Below are positions 19,361-28,784 of a stretch of 64,000 nucleotides of DNA, piece by piece. Source of the stretch: an uncultured bacterium (GTDB lineage: Bacteria; Macinerneyibacteriota; Macinerneyibacteria; Macinerneyibacteriales; CAYRFE01); contig CAYRFE010000004.1 in NCBI GenBank assembly GCA_964423645.1, forward strand, positions 27,227-91,226. Reading direction: 5' to 3'. The notes under the pieces are model-generated. The model did no database searches and was not told the DNA's origin. It saw only the letters and a program-made list of their open reading frames with translations. Made by a program: the position numbers and the translations under genes. How positions within the stretch are numbered: position 1 is the stretch's first letter; each line of letters begins with the position of its first letter.

Positions 19361-20461
19361 TCACCCTATCATTTTCAAAAGCGCCGCTGCAACAAAATGC
19401 GCATCGTCTTCACTGACGTGATTTCCCATCGGCAATGCAAGACCATGTTTATACGCACGGTATGCTCCGGGACAATCGCTCTCTTTATAACCGTATTTTT
19501 CTTTGTAATAGGTCAATGCATTCAGTGCATACGCACCGTAATTGGTCTCGATTCCGTTTTCTTTTAATCGTACAATCAGCGCATCGCGGTCAACCGTATC
19601 CGGCAAAACCACATGATATGTCTGATATACATGTACACGATCATTATATTCACGGGGAAGAACAATCTCTTCGTTTTGTGATAGATCTTGCGTATAGATC
19701 GATGCAATTCGCCGACGATATGCATTAAGCTCATTGGTTGCGTATAACTGCGCACAACCCAATGCCGCTTGAATATCAGTTAACCGATAATTCAATCCTG
19801 CATATACAAAATCAATTTTACCGTCATGAGCGACTATTCCATGATTACGAAGCGATCTCACTTTATCGGCACGATCATCGTCATCAGTGACCACAAACCC
19901 GCCTTCTCCGGTAGTGATCGCCTTACGCGGGTGAAGACTGTAACATCCCATATTCCCGGTCGTGCCGGTTTTTTTACCTCGATATACTGCGCCGAATGCA
20001 CATGCTGAATCATCAATGACAATAAGACCGTGACGTTTGGCGATTGCATGAATAGTATCATTATCTGCCGATTGACCGAATTCATGCACCGGTATAATAG
20101 CTTTGGTAAACGGAGTTATCTGTCCTTCGATGAGATCCTCATGCAGACAACAATCATCGACTCGAATATCAACAAGTCGCACGGTCGCACCGGTTATTTC
20201 AACCACATTTGCAGTCGCAGGAAACGTAAACGCCGGCACGATCACTTCATCGCCGGCACCGATTCCATATGTCATAAGGGCTAAATGTAATGCGGCAGTC
20301 GCAGAAGATACGGCGATCGCATGACGCGTTCCCAAATACGCGGCGGCTTCTTCTTCCAATCGTTTCGCAAACACACCCTGCACCAGATTGCCTGATTCAA
20401 GGACTGTTTTTACATCATCGAACGCTTGTTCCGGTATCCATGGTTTACTGAGTTTTATCAT
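19361..20461 (-). CDS. DegT/DnrJ/EryC1/StrS family PLP-dependent sugar aminotransferase
   Basis: MIKLSKPWIPEQAFDDVKTVLESGNLVQG; CYSLHPRKAITTGEGG region around the Lys. Confidence 0.9.
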   Translation of the reverse strand: MIKLSKPWIPEQAFDDVKTVLESGNLVQGVFAKRLEEEAAAYLGTRHAIAVSSATAALHLALMTYGIGAGDEVIVPAFTFPATANVVEITGATVRLVDIRVDDCCLHEDLIEGQITPFTKAIIPVHEFGQSADNDTIHAIAKRHGLIVIDDSACAFGAVYRGKKTGTTGNMGCYSLHPRKAITTGEGGFVVTDDDDRADKVRSLRNHGIVAHDGKIDFVYAGLNYRLTDIQAALGCAQLYATNELNAYRRRIASIYTQDLSQNEEIVLPREYNDRVHVYQTYHVVLPDTVDRDALIVRLKENGIETNYGAYALNALTYYKEKYGYKESDCPGAYRAYKHGLALPMGNHVSEDDAHFVAAALLKMIG

Positions 20462-20498
20462 ACTTTACGTTCCTTTTCATACCCCTCATTACACACCA

Positions 20499-20726
20499 TT
20501 ATTCATCATCGCCGTGGGTTTTAGAATCTTTATCCAAATATGCACACACTCCGAGAAACAGTGCGACCAATACAAGTTTTACAATCCAATGCGGATTATA
20601 ATTTTCTAAAGAAACATCTATTAGCCCAATAATAATAAATACTATTGCTAACCCAATTACTGCCGCAATGACAATCAATACTGTTCTGAGTGTCGGACTG
20701 ATTTTACGCATCGCCATCGCCACCAC
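20499..20726 (-). CDS. Small membrane protein, hypothetical
   Basis: 75 aa with two hydrophobic helices. Sits between the aminotransferase and the glycosyltransferase. Confidence 0.35.
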   Translation of the reverse strand: MVAMAMRKISPTLRTVLIVIAAVIGLAIVFIIIGLIDVSLENYNPHWIVKLVLVALFLGVCAYLDKDSKTHGDDE

Positions 20727-20746
20727 TCCCGTTTCGGTATTACAAA

Positions 20747-22129
20747 TTACAAATGCTGATACATATCCATTATTTTTTGTATAACAACGTGTATATCATG
20801 ATTTCTCGCAACATACTCCCGCCCGTTTTTCCCGATCTGCGGTAATGCATCTCGATTATCCAAGGCCCACTTGATTTTTTCTTTCACCGTATCGGGGTTG
20901 GCGGAAATGACCGGAAGTCCGTAGGGATATTTGCTTCGCATATAATCGGTCACCCACGTGATAACCGGCTTCCCCATTGACATGGATTCGATGGTCAGCA
21001 GACCATAGGTACCGCAATGTAATTCATCGACGATCAGGTCGGCCTTGGCATACCACTGCTTGGCCTCTTCATGCGCCATGCCCTGAATGAATTTAAAATC
21101 AATCGCATATGATTTGCTTAAAGATTGTATCGCATCAACGATATATTTCGTTCCTTTTATTTCCGGCGATGTGGGCGCGTGCACGATAAGAAACGGTTTG
21201 TTTTTCTTGACCGGGACCGGAGCCTCAGGATAGTTATCCATATTCACCGCAGCTTGTATGAAATAAATATTCGGATAATAATCCCGCACATATTCATACA
21301 ATTCCCAATCGGGTGAAATACAATGCGATACATATTTCGAACGAAATTCAAGCGCTCGTTTGATCGAATCTTCATTATCAACTTTTACCTTTGCATACGG
21401 ATTGTTCATTCGTTGCGCCTTCGATAATAAACGAATTTCACTGCCCCAATAATGATTCACCACTTTCTTGCCCAGATCTTTCAATAACACAAGATCGGAA
21501 TAATCCAATGTCAACGTTGTTCCGAAATGGAAATGAAACACATCGTAATTGGGGATCAATTTATCTGCCATCTGAGCGGCATGCAGTTGCTTTTCCTGAG
21601 GTGTAGAAAATTGGGCCAAATCAAGTACAAGATCAGAATGAAATTTGAGATAATTCGGATAATAACACACCGTCTCAGCGTGCCATCCGTTCTGTTTCAA
21701 TGCTTGGGTAATGGTATTCATCTGATTGGCAATTTCATACGTACCGCTTAACACGCGAAATTTCTCGTTTCGAAGAAAATATTCTTTCTCAGCATAAGCA
21801 ACAATTTCTTTTTGTTCAGGTGTTTTTGCGAATCTCATTAAGTTAAAAATGCAATCTAATTTTTTAAATTTATCAATTTTATCATAAACTATATATGCTA
21901 AGTTATACCACGAATCAAAATGATCTGGGGTAATAGATATAGCCTTTTCAAGTAATATTTTTGCATCGTAAAATTTTCCTTCGGAAATTAATAATACTGC
22001 CCGCATCGACAATATATCTGAATCATTCTCCATATCACCGTTATATGCATTTAATGCGGTATATGCATCAGCAACCTTGCCCTGTTCAAGTAATGATTCA
22101 ATTAATGCTTGTAATTCTTGTTTATTCAT
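20747..22129 (-). CDS. TPR-repeat plus GT-B-type glycosyltransferase-like protein
   Basis: N-terminal TPR repeats. The C-terminal half has a GT4-like EIKGTKY...GKPVI block. I set the start at the ATG MNKQELQ (22129) because the track start is TTG. Confidence 0.55.
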   Translation of the reverse strand: MNKQELQALIESLLEQGKVADAYTALNAYNGDMENDSDILSMRAVLLISEGKFYDAKILLEKAISITPDHFDSWYNLAYIVYDKIDKFKKLDCIFNLMRFAKTPEQKEIVAYAEKEYFLRNEKFRVLSGTYEIANQMNTITQALKQNGWHAETVCYYPNYLKFHSDLVLDLAQFSTPQEKQLHAAQMADKLIPNYDVFHFHFGTTLTLDYSDLVLLKDLGKKVVNHYWGSEIRLLSKAQRMNNPYAKVKVDNEDSIKRALEFRSKYVSHCISPDWELYEYVRDYYPNIYFIQAAVNMDNYPEAPVPVKKNKPFLIVHAPTSPEIKGTKYIVDAIQSLSKSYAIDFKFIQGMAHEEAKQWYAKADLIVDELHCGTYGLLTIESMSMGKPVITWVTDYMRSKYPYGLPVISANPDTVKEKIKWALDNRDALPQIGKNGREYVARNHDIHVVIQKIMDMYQHL

Positions 22130-22282
22130 AGATAAAATTATACCTGATATATACACGTACCGCAATATCAAATATATACCGAATCGAACCGATACTATTC
22201 AAATTTTTATGTTGTTTCAAAAATAAACCTGACCTATAATGATTCGCGACACATACGGCATCAACGAGAGGAAAAGTAGTGT

Positions 22283-22888
22283 ATGCACATTATGCAAATT
22301 TTATTCATATCATTTTTCATTCCGCTAAGCGGTAATTTTTTATCCCCGGTCATATTCGATGACCTCGGAGAAAACTATTATTTCTACAACGAAGCCTATG
22401 AAAAAGTGACGATCCGTTATGTGGCCGACAGCACTACCGCACATCCGCTCAACGCCAATGCCGATAAATTGATACGAAGTATTCTCGCCGAATCCGGCAT
22501 TTTTTCCGCCTATATCTCAAGCACCAAAAGAACCTTTCGTGAACAAGCGGAAATCATGAAAGAGGTCAGCGACGCCAATTTACGTGCTTGGTACGGCGAA
22601 GAAGCCGCCCTCGCAGTACGAAAGTACGATGTGCCGACACTTGAGCAGTGGCTGAAAGATAACAAACCGAAAATCAGCCGGCATATCCCGGGATATGCGC
22701 TCGATGTGATTATCGTCGGTGGTGACACACTCGATACGCCCCAAAACAACAAAAATCGCGATGCATATGACGCTGTGATCAGCAAATTGATACCGATCAA
22801 AAGCTTTGGCGTGCGATACTATTTGCGCGAAAATAACGGGGTTGAACATACAGAATTTATATTTCCCGTGACGAATATTGTTGAATGA
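22283..22888 (+). CDS. Hypothetical protein with LAS/M15-type metallopeptidase motif (D-Ala-D-Ala carboxypeptidase-like)
   Basis: ISRHIPGYALDV matches S-x-H-x2-G-x-A-x-D of the VanY/M15 family. There is a later EH. N-terminal hydrophobic segment. RBS GAGAGGAAAAG. Confidence 0.4.
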   Translation: MHIMQILFISFFIPLSGNFLSPVIFDDLGENYYFYNEAYEKVTIRYVADSTTAHPLNANADKLIRSILAESGIFSAYISSTKRTFREQAEIMKEVSDANLRAWYGEEAALAVRKYDVPTLEQWLKDNKPKISRHIPGYALDVIIVGGDTLDTPQNNKNRDAYDAVISKLIPIKSFGVRYYLRENNGVEHTEFIFPVTNIVE

Positions 22889-22925
22889 GCTACCCCGCAG
22901 CGAACTACGGAGTATCAGCATTGTG

Positions 22926-23008
22926 CGCCCACAACCCCTCCCGTGAAAATCGGGAGGGGTTTAATTGTTATATAATGGGGGAGTTCGTCCCCATACCCCT
23001 ATTTAGAA
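22926..23008. repeat. REP/MITE-like element copy (3' half, inverted)
   Basis: cccacaacccctcccgtgaaaatcgggaggggtt...gggggagttcgtccccatacccctatttag. This is the reverse complement of 30005-30090. Confidence 0.65.
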
Positions 23009-23031
23009 AAAAAGGAGGTCATTCGACCTCC
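23006..23031 (-). terminator. Rho-independent terminator after tdh
   Basis: Hairpin ggaggtc-attc-gacctcc (23014-23031) preceded by A8 on the plus strand, which is a T-run on the minus strand. Confidence 0.55.
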
Positions 23032-23055
23032 TTGGATAATGACCGAGGTCAATAC

Positions 23056-24012
23056 TTATTTGATCCCAAGCTTTTCTTTCAAACGCAGCAACATATCCGT
23101 CGTCATGGTCGCAAGCGAATATTTGGGACTAAATCCCCATTCTTCACGTGCTGCAGACGTATCAAGTGAATCTGGCCACGAATCAGCTATGCCCTGACGC
23201 ACCGGATCGACCGAATAGGACATGGCAAATTCAGGAATATGTTTTTTTAATTCGGCAGCGATCATCTCAGGATCAAAACTCATCGCGGTAACATTGAAGG
23301 CATTACGATGTTTAAGTTTTGCAGGAGCCGCTTCCATTAAATGAACTATCGCATTCAGAGCATCAGGCATATACATCATATCCATAAATGTACCTGCGCC
23401 TATATAACTTGTATATTTTTTCTGTTTGAGTGCTTCATAGTAGATCTCAACCGCATAATCCGTTGTACCTCCACCCGGGGGCGCGACATACGAAATTAGT
23501 CCGGGAAAACGTACTCCGCGCGTATCAACATTAAATCGTTTGAAGTAATAATCACACAACAATTCCCCGGCAGTTTTGGTCACACCGTACATCGTTGATG
23601 GGCGTTGGATCGTATCTTGCGGGGTATTTTCTTTCGGAGTGCCCGGTCCGAATGCTCCGATAGAACTTGGTGTGAAAAATGCACATCCGTATTCGCGAGC
23701 AACTTCGAGCGCATTGAAAAGTCCGTCCATATTGATGCGCCATGCTAACTGTGGTTTACGCTCTGCAACAGCGGAAAGAAGTGCCGCCATATGAATAACA
23801 GTATCAATCTCATTACGTTTGACGATATCGGCAAACATATCCATGTTCATGACATCAAGAAACTCAAATGGCCCCCCCTGCACAACCGGACTGTCTTTAT
23901 CAAAACGGACATCGGTGGCTACAACATTCGCTTCGCCGTATAATTGACGCAAAAAAGGAACCAATTCAGAACCAATTTGACCAAATGCACCGGTAACAAG
24001 AATTTTCTTCAT
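23056..24012 (-). CDS. tdh: L-threonine 3-dehydrogenase, SDR/UDP-galactose-4-epimerase-like type
   Basis: By recall this matches the Flavobacterium frigidimaris SDR-type TDH across its length: GAFGQIGSEL, TPKENTPQ, PPGGGTTDYAVEI, AMSFDP, KKHIPEF, IADSWPDSLDTSAAREEW. Confidence 0.75.
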   Translation of the reverse strand: MKKILVTGAFGQIGSELVPFLRQLYGEANVVATDVRFDKDSPVVQGGPFEFLDVMNMDMFADIVKRNEIDTVIHMAALLSAVAERKPQLAWRINMDGLFNALEVAREYGCAFFTPSSIGAFGPGTPKENTPQDTIQRPSTMYGVTKTAGELLCDYYFKRFNVDTRGVRFPGLISYVAPPGGGTTDYAVEIYYEALKQKKYTSYIGAGTFMDMMYMPDALNAIVHLMEAAPAKLKHRNAFNVTAMSFDPEMIAAELKKHIPEFAMSYSVDPVRQGIADSWPDSLDTSAAREEWGFSPKYSLATMTTDMLLRLKEKLGIK

Positions 24013-24036
24013 ACATCCTCCTCGTTATCTCAATAT

Positions 24037-24432
24037 CTATCCCAGAAAACTCACAGATATCCCATTGTTTCTCAAAATAACTGCGGTTATGCCTTCAGCA
24101 CCGCACGAAGGACTCCCCGCCTTTAATATTGCTTCGCGAATACCCAGCATACGACAAATTCGCAATGTCTCTTCTGCACCGTGATAAAATTCCCGTGAAA
24201 CGTCTTTTTTTGTACTCCTCGTCAGAACACACGCAGTCTGCGATAAGACAGCCGCTTCGGTAAAATTCTCAATATCTGCCGGTTCACGAGGCGTAGACAA
24301 ACCACCCAACTGTTCCGGGCACACAGGAACGTAGTCGCCGTGGCTTCTCAACTCATTGCAGGTATTTTTCTCACTACCATCATAGCGAGTGCGCAAGCCA
24401 AGAAGACATGCGCTGACAAGGATCAAACTCAT
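24037..24432 (-). CDS. DUF523 family protein
   Basis: ILVSACLLGLRTRYDGS...VPVCPE is the DUF523 signature. Confidence 0.65.
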   Translation of the reverse strand: MSLILVSACLLGLRTRYDGSEKNTCNELRSHGDYVPVCPEQLGGLSTPREPADIENFTEAAVLSQTACVLTRSTKKDVSREFYHGAEETLRICRMLGIREAILKAGSPSCGAEGITAVILRNNGISVSFLG

Positions 24433-25004
24433 GGTTCTTTTTTTACCAACTTTATTTTAATCTTTGGTTTCCCGTCATCACCTTTTCCGACACTGACCTT
24501 GACTTTCATATCTTTTCCGGCTTGTTCTTTTGCCTTATCAATTTGTTTTGAGATCATATCGAGATATTTTTCTTTTTTACTGTCGGTATCAACAAGCTTG
24601 TCCAGAACTTGACTAAGTTGATTTTTGAGTTTTACATCCATACCGCTTTTTTTGGTCTGCGTTGCATTCGTTTTTGATGTTGTATCTCCGGCTGACAGAA
24701 AGGTACCCGGCTTCAAAAAAAGGGCTTCACTGATCTGTCGCTCGTAAATCCCCTGCTTTGCGCGATATTTATAGACCGACGACTCATAATTAAATTTGAT
24801 TTGAACTGTAGCAAGTTCAATATTATCAGATATTTGTTTTATTTCACGCTCGATGACGTTTTGTAATTCACGAATCTCACGCACAGCCTGAGGCAGCCGC
24901 GGCGGGGGTAAAAAATACATGTCTCGAATAAGATCCTCTATTGTTTTGATATCACGTTCGAGTTTGACAAGATGCCCCATGGTAAGTTTATACGATTCAG
25001 CCAT
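24429..25004 (-). CDS. Hypothetical coiled-coil protein with Lys-rich tail
   Basis: Heptad-rich sequence. C-terminal KVKVSVGKGDDGKPKIKIKLVKKEP. Overlaps the DUF523 gene by 4 nt. Confidence 0.45.
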   Translation of the reverse strand: MAESYKLTMGHLVKLERDIKTIEDLIRDMYFLPPPRLPQAVREIRELQNVIEREIKQISDNIELATVQIKFNYESSVYKYRAKQGIYERQISEALFLKPGTFLSAGDTTSKTNATQTKKSGMDVKLKNQLSQVLDKLVDTDSKKEKYLDMISKQIDKAKEQAGKDMKVKVSVGKGDDGKPKIKIKLVKKEP

Positions 25005-25022
25005 AACCCTCTATCGCTTCTT

Positions 25023-26087
25023 CTAATTTTTTTTACCGCATTGCGGGCAAAACACATCACCGGCATCAATAGTAGCTCCACATGATGCACATGTTTTTTG
25101 TGCAAGATTAGCACCGCATTTCGGGCAAAAACGGGAATGAGCAGTGATCATCGCATGACACGAAGGACATGATTCCATTTCCTCGCGAATGATCATAGGC
25201 TTACCGCATTTCGGACAATATTTACTTCCGGCTGCTATCTTTTCATTACAATGAGAACATAATACGACCCCTTCAGAAACAACATATTCCGCTCCGTACA
25301 TCATGCCGGGAAGAAGCATGCCAAGTCCGGCACCGATTCCCAGGGGTAAAACAGTCTCTTCGTTGCTCTTTTTATGTGCGGACGGTGAAAATGATTGTTC
25401 TTCGGTATGTTCAGAAGTATCATCGAGCATTTGCTGGATTTCGTCGGGGATACTGATATTCGTCACCTGATATTCGCGCAATTCAACACCATGTTTTTTT
25501 AAAAATTCGGCTGCAAACGGTAACACCGTATCTGATATACGAACAAATGAGTCTGAGACGGTTGCAAGGTCTTTGACGGCCAACCCGATATTCTCAGCAC
25601 ATAATGAACCCAAGATATCGCGAATAAAATTTTCCGCCTCACGTGTTGTATATAATCGATGTGCCAATACCAATGTGTTGACAAAAACTAACGGTTGAAC
25701 TATGCGTAATCCGTAACTACCGAAAGCCCGAACCGGTATTGCTCCAAATCGGGTATCTCTGACCATGCCCGGGGTTTTCGTACCCCATTTCTTCTCTTTC
25801 AAAGGAGTCACGTTTATAAATATGACCTGTATCTTCATTTCACGTTCAGCAGGATTCACGTTGTGAATTTTGGAATAAACAGGCAGTGTTCCGGGAGAAA
25901 GTATATAATTTCCGGGACCGAACATATCATGCACTTTACCGTTTGCATATATCATAGCTCGTTGATGCGAGGCCACCGAAAGCGATGCACCACTTTGGAT
26001 ACGTGACGCTGTATCTTCAGGCACACAAGCAACTATTTCTTTTTCTTCCGGATCATTAAATCCAACAGCCCCCAGTATATCCGACAT
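25023..26087 (-). CDS. Protein with three C-terminal zinc ribbons and an N-terminal globular (possibly SPFH/YdjI-like) domain
   Basis: C-terminus has C-x2-C...CPKCG repeated three times (CSHCNEK..CPKCGKP; CPSCHAM..CPKCGAN; CASCGAT..CPQCGKK). The SPFH assignment of the N-terminal 230 aa is tentative. Confidence 0.5.
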   Translation of the reverse strand: MSDILGAVGFNDPEEKEIVACVPEDTASRIQSGASLSVASHQRAMIYANGKVHDMFGPGNYILSPGTLPVYSKIHNVNPAEREMKIQVIFINVTPLKEKKWGTKTPGMVRDTRFGAIPVRAFGSYGLRIVQPLVFVNTLVLAHRLYTTREAENFIRDILGSLCAENIGLAVKDLATVSDSFVRISDTVLPFAAEFLKKHGVELREYQVTNISIPDEIQQMLDDTSEHTEEQSFSPSAHKKSNEETVLPLGIGAGLGMLLPGMMYGAEYVVSEGVVLCSHCNEKIAAGSKYCPKCGKPMIIREEMESCPSCHAMITAHSRFCPKCGANLAQKTCASCGATIDAGDVFCPQCGKKN

Positions 26088-26598
26088 ATGACAAACTCCT
26101 TACTGCACTGCGGCATTGATACATGATGGTTCGTGAGCACCGTCCACCTATCGTAATCCCACAGGAAACCGTTTCTGCACTAAGTAAATACTACATCCGT
26201 TGTCGTCATTATAAAGCATTGCGTTTGTTTTCGCAAGAATTTTTAAGTTTCGAGCGAATATCGCCGGATGAGGTCATTGCAAAATTCGATCTTCATAATA
26301 ATGTTATATGTGTGTCAACAAAATCCCATTCGGAGTCCTTTGTAAAATTCAGTTTCCCCGATATTTTCGTGTCTCGTCAAAATGAATATACTGTCAAAGA
26401 ACCCCACTGCTTAACACGTGAATCTTCTCCCGATTTTTGTTTTCACAAGAATGAATCAACGTTTCAAGCCGCTGCAAGTCTGTAGGGAAAAAACATACTC
26501 CTTTTGCAACAATCCGCATTTATTAGCCGTGGCTATTAACGGTCACACGTATTCTGTTTTCATCGCGAGTATCGGCCTTTCGAAGTTGAAAAAGCGCA

Positions 26599-27552
26599 TC
26601 AATCACTTTTAATGTTTTTTTCGGAAAGACCGTATCGCTCATTCGGCTCAACATTACCCTTCGGTTCAATATGCACGATCACGTCGTACACATCTGGTAA
26701 ACAATTTTTGATCGCGTGTTCAACACTTTTTGCAATTTCGTGTGCATGGATAACCGTCATCATTCCATCAACTTCAATATCAATATCAACCACCAAAGAA
26801 TTAGCCATTTTACGAACACGAGCACGATGCGGGTTTGACGCTCCCGGAACATCCGAAACGGCATCAAAAATGGTATCATATACCGCTGTATCATCAAGTC
26901 CGTCCATAAGCTCGTTCTTTGTCTCAAGAAAAATTCCGACCGCACTTTTCATGATCCATAATCCCAAAACAATCGCAACAGTCAAATCAATATACGGTGT
27001 TCCTGTCACTCGGGTCATCACGACACCAACGAGAACGCTCGATGAGATAAGAATATCGTTTCGCATGTTTTTCGCATTTGCGTTTAACATAGAACTGCTG
27101 TGTCGTTTGCCGATTCGAAACTGGTACCATGCCAGTAATAATTTTCCTATTATAGATGCGAGAGTGACAAATAATGCCAGTGTCGTAGGAATTACAAGCG
27201 GTTCTTTCGAGGTAATTTTGTGTACGGCAGATAAAATTAATTGCACCCCGGCAAAAAAAATGATAAAGGACAATACTTTTGTAGCGATCGTCTCGGCCCT
27301 TCCGTGTCCGTAGGGATGATTTTTGTCAGGGGGTTGCGCAATGATTTTTGCTGCCACTAAAGTGACGACCGATACCAAAACATCCGTGGTCGAATCTATA
27401 CCGTCACCGATAACGGCAAAACTTCCCGAAATAAAACCGGCAACAATCTTTGTGCATGCAAGAAACGCATTGCCTACAATACTGACCCAAGATGCGGTAA
27501 TAATTGCATGTGTGCGCGTATCAACAGGTGTGGTATTCATTGATATCACCAA
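26599..27552 (-). CDS. Cation diffusion facilitator family transporter
   Basis: TM domain with IAGFISGSFAVIGDGIDSTTD, HGHGRAET, and a C-terminal cytoplasmic domain (HIEPKG). Confidence 0.85.
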   Translation of the reverse strand: MVISMNTTPVDTRTHAIITASWVSIVGNAFLACTKIVAGFISGSFAVIGDGIDSTTDVLVSVVTLVAAKIIAQPPDKNHPYGHGRAETIATKVLSFIIFFAGVQLILSAVHKITSKEPLVIPTTLALFVTLASIIGKLLLAWYQFRIGKRHSSSMLNANAKNMRNDILISSSVLVGVVMTRVTGTPYIDLTVAIVLGLWIMKSAVGIFLETKNELMDGLDDTAVYDTIFDAVSDVPGASNPHRARVRKMANSLVVDIDIEVDGMMTVIHAHEIAKSVEHAIKNCLPDVYDVIVHIEPKGNVEPNERYGLSEKNIKSD

Positions 27553-27998
27553 TTCACGGCGATCTTCAACACGACCTTATGAACCGTGTGATCCACTGCA
27601 AGCGGTGCATGTGCATCACCCGGGAAAAATACCGCTGCCATACCCGGCACAAGACCAAACCACGTTTCGGGAGCATCATTAAAAAGGATAAGATCTTTCT
27701 CTTCGTTGTAATTCATTTTCTCCACAAGACACCGTTCCATCGGCTTCCATCCGATATAATCTTCACCTTCAATCACAATCTGTACGTCAATAAAACGACG
27801 ATGCGCTTCAAGCACCGCATTATGCATACCTTTTCCCTGTTCTCTGCTCACTGATGCATACATCAACTCTTCAGCAATATTAAATTTCCCGTCCGCTAAT
27901 TCGTGCAGATCAGTGCGTTTAAGAAATTCATATGCATATTGGATCCCGGGATGCAACCGAGTATAGCGACGTAAATTCTCACAACTTTCCAGTATCAT
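27546..27998 (-). CDS. YhcH/YjgK/YiaL family protein (DUF386)
   Basis: 150 aa cupin-like protein with NIAEELMYASVSREQGKGMHNAVLEAHRRFIDVQIVIEGED. Confidence 0.7.
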   Translation of the reverse strand: MILESCENLRRYTRLHPGIQYAYEFLKRTDLHELADGKFNIAEELMYASVSREQGKGMHNAVLEAHRRFIDVQIVIEGEDYIGWKPMERCLVEKMNYNEEKDLILFNDAPETWFGLVPGMAAVFFPGDAHAPLAVDHTVHKVVLKIAVNW

Positions 27999-28777
27999 CG
28001 TAAACCTCCCAAAAAAGGCCCAATATTTTTCATAACGATTAAGGCCCCTGTTAAAAATAATATGATCGATGCGATTTTTTTAAACATGTGTTCGTTCAAA
28101 TGATGATGTAAAATCATTCCAAGCACCATACCGACAAGCGCAAACGGCATAAGTATCACTACGGTATTCAAGGTAGTCGTCGTATAGAATCCGAATGAAA
28201 TATAGGTAACAAGTCGCACAAAACTCATAATAAAAAAAATCCCGAGAAGCGACGCACGAAACTCCGCCTTGGTAAACCCGATGCTTTTGAAATAAAATAC
28301 AAGCGGCGGACCGCTCATATTGAACAAGCCGCCCATAAGCCCCGACACTATACCGAATAACGCGATATACCACTTGCTGTAGACCAAATGCACGTTCTGT
28401 TTTTCTTCAAAAAGAAAGTAATACACCGCGACGGTGATGATCACTGCCGCCAAAAGAAGCAACATCCACGGCTGCGATGAAAATCGCAAAAGCCACGTGC
28501 CAATCACTAATGCAGGTACGATAAAAAACAAAAATACAGCCGTTTTTGACATGTTGATCTTTTTAAAATCCTTCATGGAAATAATAATCTCTGTTGGCAA
28601 ACATAACAGTAAAAACACCGGTACGAACAATTGAATGTCGCCAAAAAGCAATGCCCATAACGATACTGAGATCAATCCCGAGCCGAATCCCAGAGCGGCA
28701 TACATCGCCTGCCCCAACAACACGATGAATCCGCCGATAATAATCATCATCAGACCATGTACCAATGCGTTTTCCAT
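27995..28777 (-). CDS. Sulfite exporter TauE/SafE family membrane protein
   Basis: Polytopic protein with two GxGGG-like half repeats (GFGSGLISV / GLMGGLFNMSGPPL). I set the start at MENALVHG (ATG 28777, RBS AGGAG), which avoids an overlap with birA. Confidence 0.7.
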   Translation of the reverse strand: MENALVHGLMMIIIGGFIVLLGQAMYAALGFGSGLISVSLWALLFGDIQLFVPVFLLLCLPTEIIISMKDFKKINMSKTAVFLFFIVPALVIGTWLLRFSSQPWMLLLLAAVIITVAVYYFLFEEKQNVHLVYSKWYIALFGIVSGLMGGLFNMSGPPLVFYFKSIGFTKAEFRASLLGIFFIMSFVRLVTYISFGFYTTTTLNTVVILMPFALVGMVLGMILHHHLNEHMFKKIASIILFLTGALIVMKNIGPFLGGLR

Positions 28778-28784
28778 ACCGCTC

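Noticed and set aside
26123-26485. 120-aa plus-strand ORF in the 510-bp gap between the zinc-ribbon gene and the CDF transporter
   Set aside because: No RBS and no recognisable domain. The composition does not look coding. I kept it as an unexplained gap rather than calling a gene. Conservation in relatives would rescue it.
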